Origin: Raillietiella orientalis | Taxonomy: Eukaryota | Assembly: GCA_036172245.1 (NCBI GenBank) | Contig: JAYWIR010000038.1 | Span: 806,001 to 870,000, forward strand | DNA: 64,000 bases | Direction: 5' to 3' | Shown: one piece after another, positions 12,201 to 24,630 of the stretch | Position numbering within the stretch: the stretch's first letter is position 1 | Layout of the letters: each line of letters begins with the position of its first letter | Program-made: the position numbers and the translations under genes | Notes under the pieces: generated by a model | Databases searched by the model: none | Seen by the model: only the letters and a program-made list of their open reading frames with translations | Told to the model about the DNA's origin: nothing

Positions 12201-15200
12201 TCGGGTTGGTGTCGGGTGCTCCCGTCCGCCAAGTCTCCATTCGAACTCGCTCCTGCGATCCCCCGCATCGCCTGTTCTGTCCCCCCCTCCCCCGTTTGCC
12301 TTCCTTCATCTGATTTGCCTTCATCCCGGAACTCAAGGGCTTTTCCGTTTCAATGAGGAAGAGACGATGGCGTTGTAGGTCGTTCAGCCGTCGTGGATCT
12401 TGTCCTTGGATTGTCCATCTCGCAAATCAGGGAAACCAGGGAAAAGTGTTTTGGTTTTCCCGAGCGTGGGTATCCAGTGTGTGTTTAAGTGGAGAATGTT
12501 TTTTTGCATGCTGTCATATAATGTGCACCTTTGATCGATTACTGACCACATTTTTTCACATAATTTAGATGCTGTTGGAAGATTCCGATCGATGTAAAGC
12601 TTCATTGTGTGTTCTTGTATGATAGGTGATAGCAGCAATCAAGTTCACATGGAAGGATATCAAGTTTCCAATCAGTGTATGGCTTTGGTGAGAGAGAATA
12701 TTCTTTATCCTACGAAGGATGCTCCCGAATTAGGTTACATTATGGAATCCTCCAATAATAAATACGTACCTGATGTTTACTTTAAGGTGAATGTTAATGA
12801 CGAAAGTTGATTTCGTAAGCATGTTTTATTTCCATCATTTTACTGTATCAGTCGAGAACACACACAACCACGCAGTCCCCTGAAATCTGTGAAAATCTCT
12901 CATGATCCGTGTTTGTCGACTTTTTTTTTTTTTTTCTTCTTACTAGGAGAGCTCTTTGTTTAAGACAGTCGCGACTAAGCACTTCCTACTTTCGGTTACC
13001 TTTCCCTTTTTCCTTTAGTTAGTGTACCCCCATTCCTCCCGGCATTTGTTGGGGTGCAATTATTTGTTTTGTTTCGCTCTTTGGACCACAGGCTCACTGC
13101 GGTTTCAGCTTGTCTTCGAAACTGAGCTTTCTTCTCGCTTCATCCAGTCTTCGGTGTTGGCTTTCGGTTGCTGTTTTTCCTCCTGGATGGCTTGGAAGCA
13201 CTTTAAATTTAATGCACCGGCACCGCCCTTTAGTTGCTGTTTTGCTCTGCGCTGCTGGTGCCTTCCAAGACTTCACATCGGAGTTACTTGGAGTTGGTCT
13301 TGGAGGATGTAATTTCGTAATTTCCGGGCTCATGTTGTCGAAACGTAAAAGAATCTGGGACATTGCCAATTAATGAACACGGCTCTCCTCATCTCAGTGT
13401 CAGTCCTTTCCATCTAGCGAGCAACCTGATGCGTGCTTCGGGTAAAAAGCCGACCTTTGGTCGAGCCCTCGAGTGCTGTTCTTGCCTGTCTCTTTGACAG
13501 ATTGAGAAATGCATTCCCTCAAGATTCCCTCCATATTTACGCAAAATTGTGTACTAGGCTAAGCATAAGCCTGTCTCTTGATTCTAATTTTAGCGTTTGA
13601 TCTCATAGAAGCAATTCAATTCTGCGTCTTGTCTTTATTAAGAAAAGAGCAGAAACATCGTTCGAAGTTGCATGTAAAAAGCCCGAGGTTCCATTCCCTA
13701 TTAATGTTGCTGTTAATGCCTTTTGCACCCAGGAGAACGACAGTTATGGCAACGAAATAACCAAAATTGCCCGACCTTTGCCCATCGAATACCTCTTGGT
13801 GGACGTTCCAGTCGCAGGCCCCAAGGAGCCGAAGTATTCGTTTACTAGAGAAGAAGGAGTCTGCAGGTTCCCAATCGAAAACAGGTACACGGAGCACGCA
13901 AGGGCATGCCCTTGGAGAAAAGCTATTCGACCACCTGCTGCGGTGGCTGTTGTTGACTTTAGCCTGTTTGTTAAGGTCACTTTCGATCTTGACCTTCCTT
14001 GCTTTGCCTTTTTTGCCGTTTCGATGTTGCGAGAGTGCTGCGGCAGCCACTGCCTCCTTTCCCACCATTTGCTGTTTCCGTGCCCCACCGGCATGTGTTT
14101 CACGCTGAGGGCGCGTGGTCAGCAGCCTGCCTGGCGCACTGTGCACCCTCTCTTTCGAGTGTGGTTTTCTCCCGCGCTGTGTACATGGCGCAGGTTTTCT
14201 TTCTTTTTTTACTTGGGCTGCCGAGAGCGCCGTCTTTTCCGATGAATCTTGATCTTGATTTGATCCCGTTTTCGATCGCTCAGTTCGGATTGATCTTTTT
14301 TCTTCTTGGTCCATTTATGCTGATCCTTTAGTTGAGATGTCCGGGATAAAATGAGATTTCTTACTTGAAGGGGGGAGGGGCTACCCCCTACTCAAGTGCT
14401 CCAGATTGAATGGTTGGTTACTGCGAAGGTGTGTTCATGTTTGTTGCTTAAGGCAGGTGTATGTGTGTTCTGTGTTTTTGTGTTTTTTGTTTTCGATCTT
14501 AAGGAAAAAAAAAAAAACGCACTGTCGTTTCGAGTGACCGGTAATCCGGCGACTTTTGCACACGGCAGTATCCTAATCGACAACTGAGAACGTGGAGCAA
14601 CCAAAGCAGTCCCGAAGTCTAGGGGTTGAGGGAGGCATTGGGGTCACGCGTCACTTTGTATGACGGGTGATAAAAATGACACCTTTAAAGGGGTTGTTGG
14701 AGTTTCCCACTGCAATCCTGGATCTTCGTCAGCTCGAGTCTCACCTTTGTTTTTCAAAATAATAATGATGATGATGATGATGATGATGATGAATGCTGAT
14801 TGTAGTAGTAGGTGTGGTGCTAGAGCAAGAGGATGAATGAGCGCTTTCTGTGTAAGCGAGGAAGGTCGAGAAGCTTCCGGAGACTGTTCTGCCCAGCTCC
14901 TGAATCACGTTCTGCTTAACAGATGGTGCTTTCTCTTTCGTGGCGCAAAACTCATAGTGCTCATCTTCTGGGCTGCAGGGAAACGTAGTTGCCAATCGTT
15001 TTTCCTCACAGGCTGATCGAAGGAGAGATCCAAGACTTTGGTGCCTTGCTGAACTACCTGAAGCAGTTTCCGTCAGACTTCTTGAAGGCTGTCAACAACT
15101 TCCACGTCCTTATATATCTGGCAACCTGTGACGTGCTGCCGCTGAAGGTACGTTTCTTCTTTCCGCTCTCCTTGCCACTGTCCGGGGTGCGTGCGAAAAT

Positions 15201-15570
15201 CGAACGGGAATTTTTCAACGTGGTTCGCACCCGAAGTCCTGAACGATCGAGTGCGTTTCCCCCCCTCTGCACGGCCCGGGGAGCAAGACGAGACAGACGG
15301 CGGTTTTCTCAATTTTAGGATGTCATGGACAAGCTTCTCGCCGCGGTGAAGAATCAGGACTTCGGCTTGGCCAGCGATTTCACCAAGACTGAAGAGTGGC
15401 TGACGGTTCAGGAATTGCTGTCAGTCTTCTCGAGAGAATACCAGAACAAATCTCAAAAGCACAACCATTCCATTCAAGCGTATGCAGAGTGTTGGACTTG
15501 CAAGCATTGCACCTATCTCAACAGCCAAGACTCTCACACTTGTGAAATCTGCACGTTACCCCGAGAATAA
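3283..15570 (+). CDS. NPLOC4: Nuclear protein localization protein 4 homolog (p97/VCP-Ufd1 cofactor), multi-exon; 5'-most exon(s) unresolved
   Basis: Phase-consistent GT-AG exons: 3283-3379 (tentative), 3741-3818 ([10 protein letters not shown]), 4070-4151 ([18 protein letters not shown]), 7337-7474 ([30 protein letters not shown]), 7548-7671 ([18 protein letters not shown]), 8240-8419 ([27 protein letters not shown]), 8947-9232 ([22 protein letters not shown]), 12626-12786 ([21 protein letters not shown]), 13733-13884 ([18 protein letters not shown]), 15012-15147 and 15319-15570 (NZF finger [18 protein letters not shown], stop). Confidence 0.96.
4185..6232 (-). mobile_element. Decayed Maverick/Polinton (adintovirus-like) fragment nested antisense in an NPL4 intron
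   Basis: Consecutive frameshifted minus-strand pieces. About 6230-5830: packaging-ATPase C-half-like ([42 protein letters not shown]). About 5750-4950: integrase C-terminal/chromo-like ([40 protein letters not shown]). 4918-4400: penton-like ([27 protein letters not shown]). About 4350-4185: major capsid N-terminus-like ([24 protein letters not shown]). Motif recognition only. Confidence 0.5.
6460..6830 (+). mobile_element. Degenerate 3' end of an RTE-like non-LTR retrotransposon ORF
   Basis: [21 protein letters not shown]...[31 protein letters not shown] resembles the RTE C-terminal NEEVLRR..LLxxIxKR..GKRPRGRP..QIKKD pattern. Several stops. Confidence 0.3.
9459..9485. repeat. (TA)n microsatellite
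   Basis: Uninterrupted tatata run in an NPL4 intron. Confidence 0.95.
11800..12340 (-). mobile_element. Degenerate L1/Tx1-like reverse transcriptase fragment in an NPL4 intron
   Basis: Minus-strand [59 protein letters not shown] follows the PGPDG..FxxG.LP....LIPK....NWRPISLL order of the RT N-terminus. A weaker similar piece lies at about 9700-10080. Confidence 0.35.
14759..14812. repeat. (AAT)/(GAT)n/(GTA) compound trinucleotide microsatellite
   Basis: aataataat-gatgatgat...-gtagtagta in an NPL4 intron. Confidence 0.9.
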
Positions 15571-15699
15571 AGAGGGAAGAGATCCCTGTAGGCTGCTTTT
15601 CATTTTCCTCCTTGCACGAGGCCCTTGTTCGGATTTGCGGAACGGCGGTGCCCAAAGACGCCCAGAGTCGGTCCATGTCGAAGCGCTTTGGCTCGTCTT

Positions 15700-16800
15700 C
15701 CCAGCAGTTGCTGGAGACCTCAGCTTCTAGCCTTGGGTCGCGTAAGGGTCGCCGTCCTCTTGGCTGAAAGATGTCCGTTTTTCATCCGGTTCCCGTCCTT
15801 TCGCGTTCGCTGCAAGCCGTGACTGGACGGTCGTGTAAAACCAGATGCACTTCTCTCCTCTTCAAGGGAGCTTCTTGCATTTCGGGAACAGCGGAGACTT
15901 TCGTGACCGCATTCGCTGCAGGGCATTCGCTGAGCCCGCGATCGAGTCTTTTTCGGTTGCTGCCTACCAGTCTTTGCCTATCGGTGCGTGCGCACATTTA
16001 TCGGAGCGTGTCGTTCAGAAAGCCGCCGCCTTGTACACATTTCACGTGCACTTCAAAACAGCGTGTTTTCCTTTCAGAAAGCACACGTTTGTCAGATCGA
16101 GGGAAAACCTGGTGTGCGTACACGTTTCTGCGCGATTATCTGCACGCCTCCCGCTCCCGCGCTATCTTAGGGCCGAAGGCCAGCAAGCCGTGCGGTTGGC
16201 ATTTCTAGTCTCCTGCGGCATTTGGGCATTCCGTGGAATTGTTTTTCCATAGCTCAGGAGAGCGTTTGGAATTCTGCTGTGCACCATTTTGTGCCGGGAG
16301 ACACGAGGGGTGTTGTTAGATCGGTGTTGTTTTCGATCCCTTTGTTCCCAACGGAATCCTCCAGTGCTACTGCATTGGAGGAGGGCGCTTCGTCTGCCGA
16401 AGGTTCGACCGCAGCACCGCGTGTGGTCCAAGAGACGCAAATTCTCCTTAGGGCCACCTTCCCTCATCTTTTGCAAAAAGCCTTCCCGTTGCAACCAATC
16501 TTTTCCTTCCGCCTCCGGCACTCCACAGTGCATTCGTACTCGACTGCATCCCCCTTTGTCACAGCCAGGGTCCGTCGAACTTTCCAGAACCAAAAAAAAA
16601 AAAACACCTGTCCGACAGACTAATCGCATCCCTTACTTTGATCCGACGTTGTTTCCCCCCGGCTGAAGGATCCCTGCAAGGACTCTGGCCGGATTCCGAG
16701 AGCCTTCAGGCATACAACGGCGGAAGGAGACAGTTCCCGGGTAACAGCACAAAGAGGAAGAAAGGTGTAACACGAAGGTCCACGAGCGCTTGCGCTGCGA
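15700..16800 (-). mobile_element. Highly decayed R4/Dong-like non-LTR retrotransposon RT region
   Basis: Ordered minus-strand remnants: KMVHSRIPNALLSYG (cf. DSVPHSWILxxL), VQGGGFLNDTL (cf. RGIFQGDSLS) and REVHLVLHDRPVTACSERE (cf. ISHLLYMDDLKLYAxxE). Confidence 0.3.
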
Positions 16801-17724
16801 ACGAGCCCTCTGCCCGTCTCAGCATGTAATTTTATGATGAAGGCGCCTTCAGACGAAGCATCCCATGAGGCGAATGTGTGTGTCCCCTCCGAGGGTCGTC
16901 GTCTCGACGGAAAGCAGGCCGCGGTGCCCCTCGCTGGAAGTCGCACGAACCACGGGCAGCCGAAAACGGTGGTGCACGCGCTTCACGAGCGCACTGTGGG
17001 TGACTGAAGATGATCTTGAAGCGTCGTCATGTGTCGTGACTTGCCCTGCGTTGCTTTCCCTTTCTTGTGTTGGGTGCTGTTCTTGAGGAGAAAAAAATGC
17101 AGTGCCAGAGCGCAAGTGTCTGCCCCCAGTTCTGACCCATAAAATCGGTCTGCCAGTCTTTCGTGTTGGTTGCGTTTCGGATGCTTGCAAGAACTGCGAG
17201 CCAAAGTTCACGATTCCTTCTTCGCCTTTCCTCTCCCGTTCCTTTTCCCTTCATTGCAGGCATGCAAGGATGCGACTTCTAAAGGGAGCATCAAAAGGAT
17301 GCTTTCACAGGATGCTTTTCAAGGGTTTCTGGTTGCAACGGTGGTATCTGTGTCGTACATCTCAAGGCGCGCATGCTGTGGCTTGTCTCCTGAAACAGCA
17401 CGTCGCTCTTCAATCTCATGGCATGCAACCGTCTTTCAGTCTTCTTCATTAATTGACTACGTTGTAGAAGTCATTTGGCTTGGTCCAGCCCCAGTGCCTC
17501 TCGCTTGACGTCTCCCGTAGATCTCGTCAACCTGTTTTCAGCTGGAGCAAACCGACGCATCCTTCACGGCTTGTGCCTCTTCGCCTTTTCTTCCCTTGCA
17601 GCTTGCCAAGTTCCAGACGCTTCCAGCCGATTCTTGGGGCCATCCGAAGCTGGAAGGGACGAGGATTGAGCCTACGAGGATTCCTCTACCCTGCTTCTGA
17701 CATCGGACCACTCATCGCTTAAGG

Positions 17725-18170
17725 GCAAAATAAAATAAAAAAATAAAGTGAAATTGAAAAGTGGAATACAATGAAAAATGAAATAAAAAATAAAATTAAA
17801 ATACAAAATAAAATAATAGAATAACTTAGAATTAGGTAAAGTTGAAAATAGCATAAAATGATAAAATAAAATTTAAAAATAAAATAAAATAAAATAGATA
17901 AAAATTAAATCAAATTAGATTAAAACTAAGTAAAACTAAGATAAAATAATGTAAGAATAAGATACAAAAAGTAAATTCAATTACAATACAATATAATAAA
18001 AATTGAAATAAAATAAAAATAAAGTAAAAAATGCAATAAAATAAAATAGGTGAAATGAAATAAAAAATTAAAAACAAAGTAAAATAGAGTAATAAAATGA
18101 TATAAAATAAAGTAGAATAAAGAAACTTAAAATAAATAAAAAAACAGAGAGATGAAATGAAGCAAAAGAA
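17725..18170. repeat. Degenerate (AAAAT)n-like A/T-rich low-complexity tract
   Basis: About 450 bp of aaaat/aaataa-type units, strongly A-biased on + strand, with abrupt edges against GC-rich flanks. Confidence 0.9.
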
Positions 18171-19900
18171 TGAGACGAACGTTGCCCGCCAGGTAGACCA
18201 TGGGATCAAAGGTGCTCTGGCTGCGATATCCCCGCTCATTCGGCCCCTGGGCTGGATCGCGGGGAAGCTGCGTTCCCCCGAGCGACGGGAGACCCCACCC
18301 TCTGCGATGAGAAGGGACAGTACCGTCCGCGTAGCCAGGCTCCCGTGGCGCAGCGCCGTCTCTCCTCATCCGGCCAGGAATCGGGGGCAGCGCCTCGTCG
18401 GAGCGGCGCGCACGAGTCTCCGAGGGGGCTTCTGGCTCCCTCGCACGCCCCCTATTCTTGCGTCTACGCAGAAGCCAAGATTGAGGGTGCTCCGCATTCG
18501 GAGGAAATTGAGGGTCGTCCCTTCCTGAAGTGCCGAAGACTGCAGTCTACCCTCCCCTTGCGCAGGATGCTGCATCTCTCAGATCCAGTGGGGCGCGGAA
18601 CGCCTCCCAGACGGCATCCGAGTGTCCTCAGAGACGTACGGACTTCTCCGGGTCGCATCCTTGGGCCGCGGCGTGGGGACAGGAACGGAGAGGGGGAGCG
18701 CCTTCTCGTTGAGGGGTGGCCCTTGCGGCGAGGAGGATGCGCCGGGGCCACGGAACGCCACGGGAAGAAAGGGGAACGCGAAACTGTTTCTTCTCCCCTC
18801 CGCGCTCGCTTCGACCGGTGAAAACCGGGGGCACATCCCCTGGTATTCCCGGTAGCCTGGGGGGACACCCGGTGTCCGTGCACGCTCCAGCCTGCCGCTG
18901 CCGGGTGACTCAGACGAGCTCCGGCGCTGCCATCACGGCGGTTCGCACCACGCGGACCGGCTCCCCGGCAGGTAGGGGAGTCACGGGGGTCTCTCACAGC
19001 GTTCTCCACTCCGACGCCTGGCGGGGACGGCACCTCGGGACCATCCCCATCAGGCGTCGACAGGCGTTCTCGGAGCAGCATCCTTCCCACCGAGGAGTCG
19101 CGAGAGAACCACTCCGATCCGGCGGCAGCTGCACTCGCGCTGGCCTCGCGCAGTCCGATCCCGTCCGCCCGCTATGAGACGGTCCCATCTTGTGGACCGT
19201 GCAGGGAAAGGGGAGTAAGGGGTGGCTCCCAGTGGGCGGTGTCTGCGATCGCAGCCCCTCCCTTTCCCGCGCGCCCGTTCCCGACGACACCCTTCTGAAG
19301 GTCGCAGGGCGGAGCTCTGCTGCGGCGATTCTCAGGAGAGGACGAGCGCTGCGCTGCCGCGCGAGGGGGAGGAGCAGCCCCGAAGCCGCTGTCGTCCCCG
19401 AGGAGCGCCTTTGTGTAAGGGCGCGAAGAAGGTCGTGTCCAGCAGCAACCCTCGCCACCTCTTCTCCTCTGAGGGGCGCCGCCTGCCTGACAGATCAATC
19501 CGGCATTGCAAGTGCGGGAGTGCCTCCCTGATGACGCTGCATCGGAGAGTCTGCCGTGACTCGTCTCCACCCTCTTCCAGCGTCCCTCACGAAGACATCA
19601 AGGCTGCAGGCTTGGAATAAAACATTCCCTTGGGCAATAAGAAAAAAAAAAAAAGGAAGAGGGGATGGGGAAGCAGCACCGCGTGCTCACCTGCCGAAGC
19701 ATGACCCATGGCTGGGAAGCGACCCGACAGGCGACAGGACCTCAGGACGCGCCGAAGACCCCGAGTGCTCTCTTCCACGGCGATGGAGTGGTCACCCGGC
19801 AATACGCAGTCCGCGGTCCGAGCAACGTGTCAGCCTCCTCTAATTGCCGGCTCCGTGTCGAGGCGGCGGAAGCTCTTCCGAAGAGCACCGCGCGGAAAGA
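18170..19900 (-). mobile_element. Decayed R2-superfamily (RLE) non-LTR retrotransposon
   Basis: Ordered minus-strand remnants: LRRVLRSCRLSGRFPAMG..AVLLP (RT N-terminus), KALLGDDSG (xADD-like), PLLPFPCTVHKMG (KYLG region), QGEG..NFLRMRSTL..LAG*GETALRHG (QGxG / RHx region before the RLE). Confidence 0.35.
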
Positions 19901-21870
19901 GCTGGTTGATTTTGCTTCCTCGAAGGGGTCGCGAGGGGCTCTCCATTTTCTAGAAGCGCGCCGCTCCCTTCGTGGAGCGCCCCTCAGCGAAATCTGCAAG
20001 CGTCCCTGCAAGCGCTCCTGAGTGTGTCCGCACTAGATCGACGTGTCCTGGTGCAAGTGCGGGATTCACGTGGACCATCGGGGAACGCTGGCGCATCAAC
20101 AGGAAACGCCGCTTGGTGGCCGCGCAGGATCTGAAACCGGAGAAACCGCGCTTCGCGAAGGGTCCGGCTGCATCGCGGTGGCAACCGCTGACGTCTCTCT
20201 CGACTATCGACGCGGCTTCCGTTCTCTTCTCTAGACGCCTTCCATGGAGGGCGTGAGAAGGGAGCACAGCATCCCGGTCGAGCGAAGGGCGTGTCCGCTT
20301 TCTTCCTCCTCTTCCCGAATCCACGGCTGAAAGCGGATCTTCGATGCTGTCGCGGAAACCGGGAAAGCAGCCGGTGGCCACCGGAAGCGACGCACCTAGT
20401 TCTGGCGTGGGAATGGGGAAAGTAAGTTTTCACTGGAGGATCGATGTCAGGCCCGGGAGGGGCTATGCTGGCGGAACCCCCCGACCATCGAGGACCTCGT
20501 TCGCGACCGCAGCAGCGATCAGGAAGAGTGCCGGAGATCCCGTTCATTCCATCGGCGGCCAATCCGATTCGCAAAAAGCGGTTCCGGGGAACGGGGGGAG
20601 CGGCAAGCCTAGGTGGCGAGGGGAAAAGGGGAGGGAAGGTTCGTTGCCCTCTTCTCGTTCTCCCTCCACCTTCCTTCCTTCCAGAGGCGGGGATCGCGCC
20701 AACGCATCGATGAGCAGTCCGTGGAGACGACGGCGCGTTTCTCGCGGGTCGCTCCAAGTCCGCTTTCGTCGCTCACGGCACGCATATGCAGGCTCTCAGC
20801 GGACCCAAGGACGCATCCCGGTTCTCCGGAGTGCCCGTCTCTCAAAGACGCAGTCATAGCAAATGCGCGCTTCCGGGCGTAGCGTCCCTGATTCAGTGAA
20901 CATTTAATGTATCCGCATTGAGCAGCAACCACCATTTTTGTTTCTACGTAGCAAAGCCGATTCGACCACCCGCGCGCATTCCACGCGCTCCAATGGAATC
21001 GCGTAAAATCACTCGAGAGATTTCCTCGCACCTCCCCGACTCTTTGCCTTCCTCCTGTCTCGACGTCCAGAGTTCTCGAGCCGTGAAGCTTCCTCCCGCA
21101 GTGATTTCGGGGCCCTCTGCGTCCTAGGGGAGTCCCGCCCGCTTCACTGCCAGAAACGTCCTGTCACGCTCGCGTGCTGAGCTCTCCGCGCTCACCGGGA
21201 AGCGGGATTCTTGCAAGGGCGCCCGCGGCGGAGCTGGGCCACCGCCTGGAGGAGGAGCTACCGGAGAGAAACACGTCGGGACGCCAGCGCGCGCTGCGCA
21301 CAACTCGTCGGCTTCCCAACTTACAGCCGCCGGGAGTTAAGGTGGAACCAGACCCGAATCCATCCCGGCTCCGGTAAATCTAACCCCGTCTGACTGAAGG
21401 AGCATCAGGAAGTCACTTTCGATAGCGTGGAATGCTCTCCTGTCGTCTCCAGACCGAGGGTTCAGGCAGGTCGCCTCTCGGGATTCCGAGTTTCGCAAAC
21501 GACCATTCCCGATTGAGTGTTTGAGATCTTTTTTCCCATATGTTTGAGATTTTTCATACATTCGAGCTCGTTTTTATACGTGTGACCTCTTTCTCTATAA
21601 AGTTAACCTCTTTTTCATAAACATTTGAGCTTTTTTTTTTTCCCCCATAAATTTGAGTTCTTTTCCCGGTGAGATGACCATTCATGGCTGTGGTACTCAG
21701 TGGTTAACCTGATAAGTGCTCGTAATGGTTTTGGGTGAATGCAACCAGTAAGCGCAGCAGGTGGCGCCCGCCACCAAATTCCTTGGCACCCGACTGCAGC
21801 CTGCGTTTTGCGAAAATCTGAGCGAATTCGAAGTGTGCAAATGGCGCACACAAGTGCTGCGATACGCCGG

Positions 21871-24630
21871 GAGCCCGGAGGCAACCATGGAAGAGCCCAA
21901 GCACTCCTCGGAGGCCCCCTCCTGGGGCGAAATGGACACGGGAGGGCGCTGAGGAGGCAGCTGATTGACCGGGTCCGAGCAGCGAATTTTGCAGCGGGAG
22001 AGGCATTCGCGGCACCGAACGCACCGAAGCATCTCGGGGGAGGGCACAGTCAATAGCCGGAGGCAGCCATCCTCGAGCTGCCGTTTCTTGAACTGACCGG
22101 ACGCAGAGGTCCATCTCTAGGTCCACCCACGACTTGGTCCGTATTCGTTAGCGGAGTCAGCCCTAAAACTCAGGCCTCGCGACTGGTAAGGATCGGAGGG
22201 AAGAAACGGGAGCAGTCAATATCTTCGAAGAAAATCCACGGTGGGGACCAAAATCGAACGGATGTGAGCCGTCAGAAGACTGGGAGAAATTGCCCTTAGG
22301 GTTTGAGATAGAAGTATTTATAGGGAACACCTATCTGGATAGGTCTTCGTGGTGGTTTGTTTTGCTTTCACCACTTCGACCCAACAGGTCGGGTCGCAAA
22401 CGAGATGTCTTCCTTCTAGGTGCCGTCGTCGGCAGGAGGCGGCAGACCTCCCGGCTTGTGGACTCTGCTCATCAGTCTACGACCTGGAAAGGAACATCCA
22501 GGGGCCGAAACCCTCGTTCTTCCCGGCTTGGGTTTCCTTTTCGGATGCTGCTGACCTCCGGGCTTGCTCTTCTCAAGGACGCGTCCTCCGAGCACTTTCT
22601 TGAAGAGCCGTTGTTGTTGAACTCCCGTTCCCCTGTTGCGACGCATAACCTCTGGCTGCGAAGCGGATTTGACATTTTTGGAAACCTTTGCAGCTTCCGC
22701 CTTCCGCATGATGCCTCGACAGAAGGAGCCGTGGACAAGTGGCCAGCAGCTGCTCGAAAATCCCTAGCGACGTCACTTGCTCTTCCATCCACTCGCGACC
22801 TTTTCCACCCGCACACTCGTCATGGTGCTACTGGCCACTCGGGGAAATGACAACAGAAGGCCCGACCAGCGATGGGTCTGGCCGGCTTCCGGAATCCACC
22901 CAATCCCTCCTCCGTACTGCGCTCTAACCGGAAGTGCGAGGCCGAAAAACCCTGATCTGCTTGTCTCCGGAAGCCGGGCGGACGGACCGCCTGCTGTACC
23001 GTGCCAGCTCGTCCTCCTCCTCCAAGCGGTCATGGGGTTGTCTCCAACCGCCGTCCCTCTGAGGTCATCAGGGGCGGACAGGAGTAGCATCTCGTGGAAG
23101 TCCGCACAGGCGACGGGCAGCTCCGCGGACTCGCCGAGGCACGCATGGCCATTAGGAAGACATCGATAAACAAGTCCAACACATCAATCACAACTGCTTG
23201 ATCGGCCTCATTGATTTTCACTTCCCTGGTGCACGATACTCCCTTGAACCTCCGAGGCCCGCAATTCCTTTTGGCATCCCTTCCAGTATTCAGTCCAGCT
23301 CGCACGAAAGGAGGAATCATTCGCAGTCATTCGTGAAGGTCGTCGGTTCGGCGGGTGAGCTGAGGTAAGAGCTCGTTCCCATCTCAGGACACGCCCGGGC
23401 GGATTCCAGCGCACTCTTTCACGTGGGGTTTCTTCTTCCGCGGGGGAGGACTCCTTCATCTTCTTGTTTGCGCCGCTGCGGGTCTGGAAAATCATCACGC
23501 GCTCCCTCTCGAGGCGTGACATGGGACGGGCGTTGCGCGCATGAGGTCAGCCGGGTTTCCCGGCTCAAGGGACAGCGGCAAATCACTCGTCGAACCTTCT
23601 CGAGGGGCGCCTCGCATCTCCTTCGAGCCTGCACCCTCATAGCCTCCGGTCCTTTTCCGCGCTGAATCCCTTCTTCCAAGAAAAGTTGCTCGTTTTGCTG
23701 GAGACGGATGAACGGGAGTTCCTTGGAGTTATGAAAGGGAACCATCGGGACCGTATCCGGAAGCGCTACACCCGTCACGTTGCGAATGTGACGAATTTCG
23801 CGCTGACACGCATGGGAAATTCACGCGGAAGTCCAACCACGACAGTCCATCGACTTTCCATTGGGAACTCTATTAGAAGTTCTTCATGACCTCTAATGGA
23901 ATTCAAACGGGAATGGCATCAGTGAAGCCATCAGATAGCACAAGAGAGCGTGCGGAACGAATGCGTTCGCCACCGTCTGGTGCTTCTTCGGCTGCTTAGC
24001 AACCTGCGTATGCGGTTCCCGTAAGCGGAAACACTGTTTCTCCGACAACAGAAAGCCTACCCTTCGTCGGGGGAGCTGAAAGACTCGGGAGGAATCCCCA
24101 CGATGCGCCGGAGCCGGAGCTGGGAGAAGTCCCGAGCAGGGCGTGCCAACGAGGAGTGCTCTCGGTGTCTGGGGCCAGCCGCTGTGTTTAGGTCATGGAC
24201 ACCAGGCATGAACACTCCAAAGAAATCCGCAGAGAGCAAACAATCCTTTCTCCCACTTGAAAGCCGTGATCATTGAGAGGACCTCCAGGGAAAGGCAGAT
24301 CTTCGCCAAGGATCTTCGCCGGAGATGAGGCGCCGGAGAGCGCCACAGAATACGCCGAGAGAACTCGGACGACACCATCAAGCACTCCTCCTTCTCCTCC
24401 CCTCTTCCTCCTCCCTTGCTCCTTCTCTTCCTCTCTTCGTCCTCGTCCTCGTTCTCCTTCTTCTGTCCCTTCCTCCTCATCCTTTACCATATGCTCCCAA
24501 CAATAGCAGAAATGCTTGGAAGGAGTGATCCCCTGCTGCCTCTTTATACAAGAACTTGTGACCCTGTGGGGACAGAGTTTGTGAGGACTGCATCTCCTCT
24601 TCGACACCAAGTCGACGGAACTGCTGAACC
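21871..24630 (+). pseudogene. Fragments of a third, pseudogenised DEG/ENaC paralog
   Basis: 21871-21905 (gagcccggaggcaaccatggaagagcccaagcact) matches the start-codon region of channel 1 at 26266-26301. About 24353-24620 matches the intron tail and exon 5 of channel 1 (about 28698-28920) and reads VTLWGQSL*GLHLLFDTKST versus intact VTLWGPRLSGLQLLFDTKST, so it has an in-frame TGA. Confidence 0.7.
22200..23550 (+). mobile_element. Decayed L1/Tx1-like ORF2 (RT) lying between the pseudogene fragments
   Basis: ISLRPGKEHPG..LGFLFGCC*PPGLLFS..PVPLLRRITSGC (cf. ISLDQEKAFD..GF..LLYS..PFPVxRGVRQGC), then KIPSDVT (YADDVT-like), PFGIP and CGSGKSSR. Confidence 0.35.
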
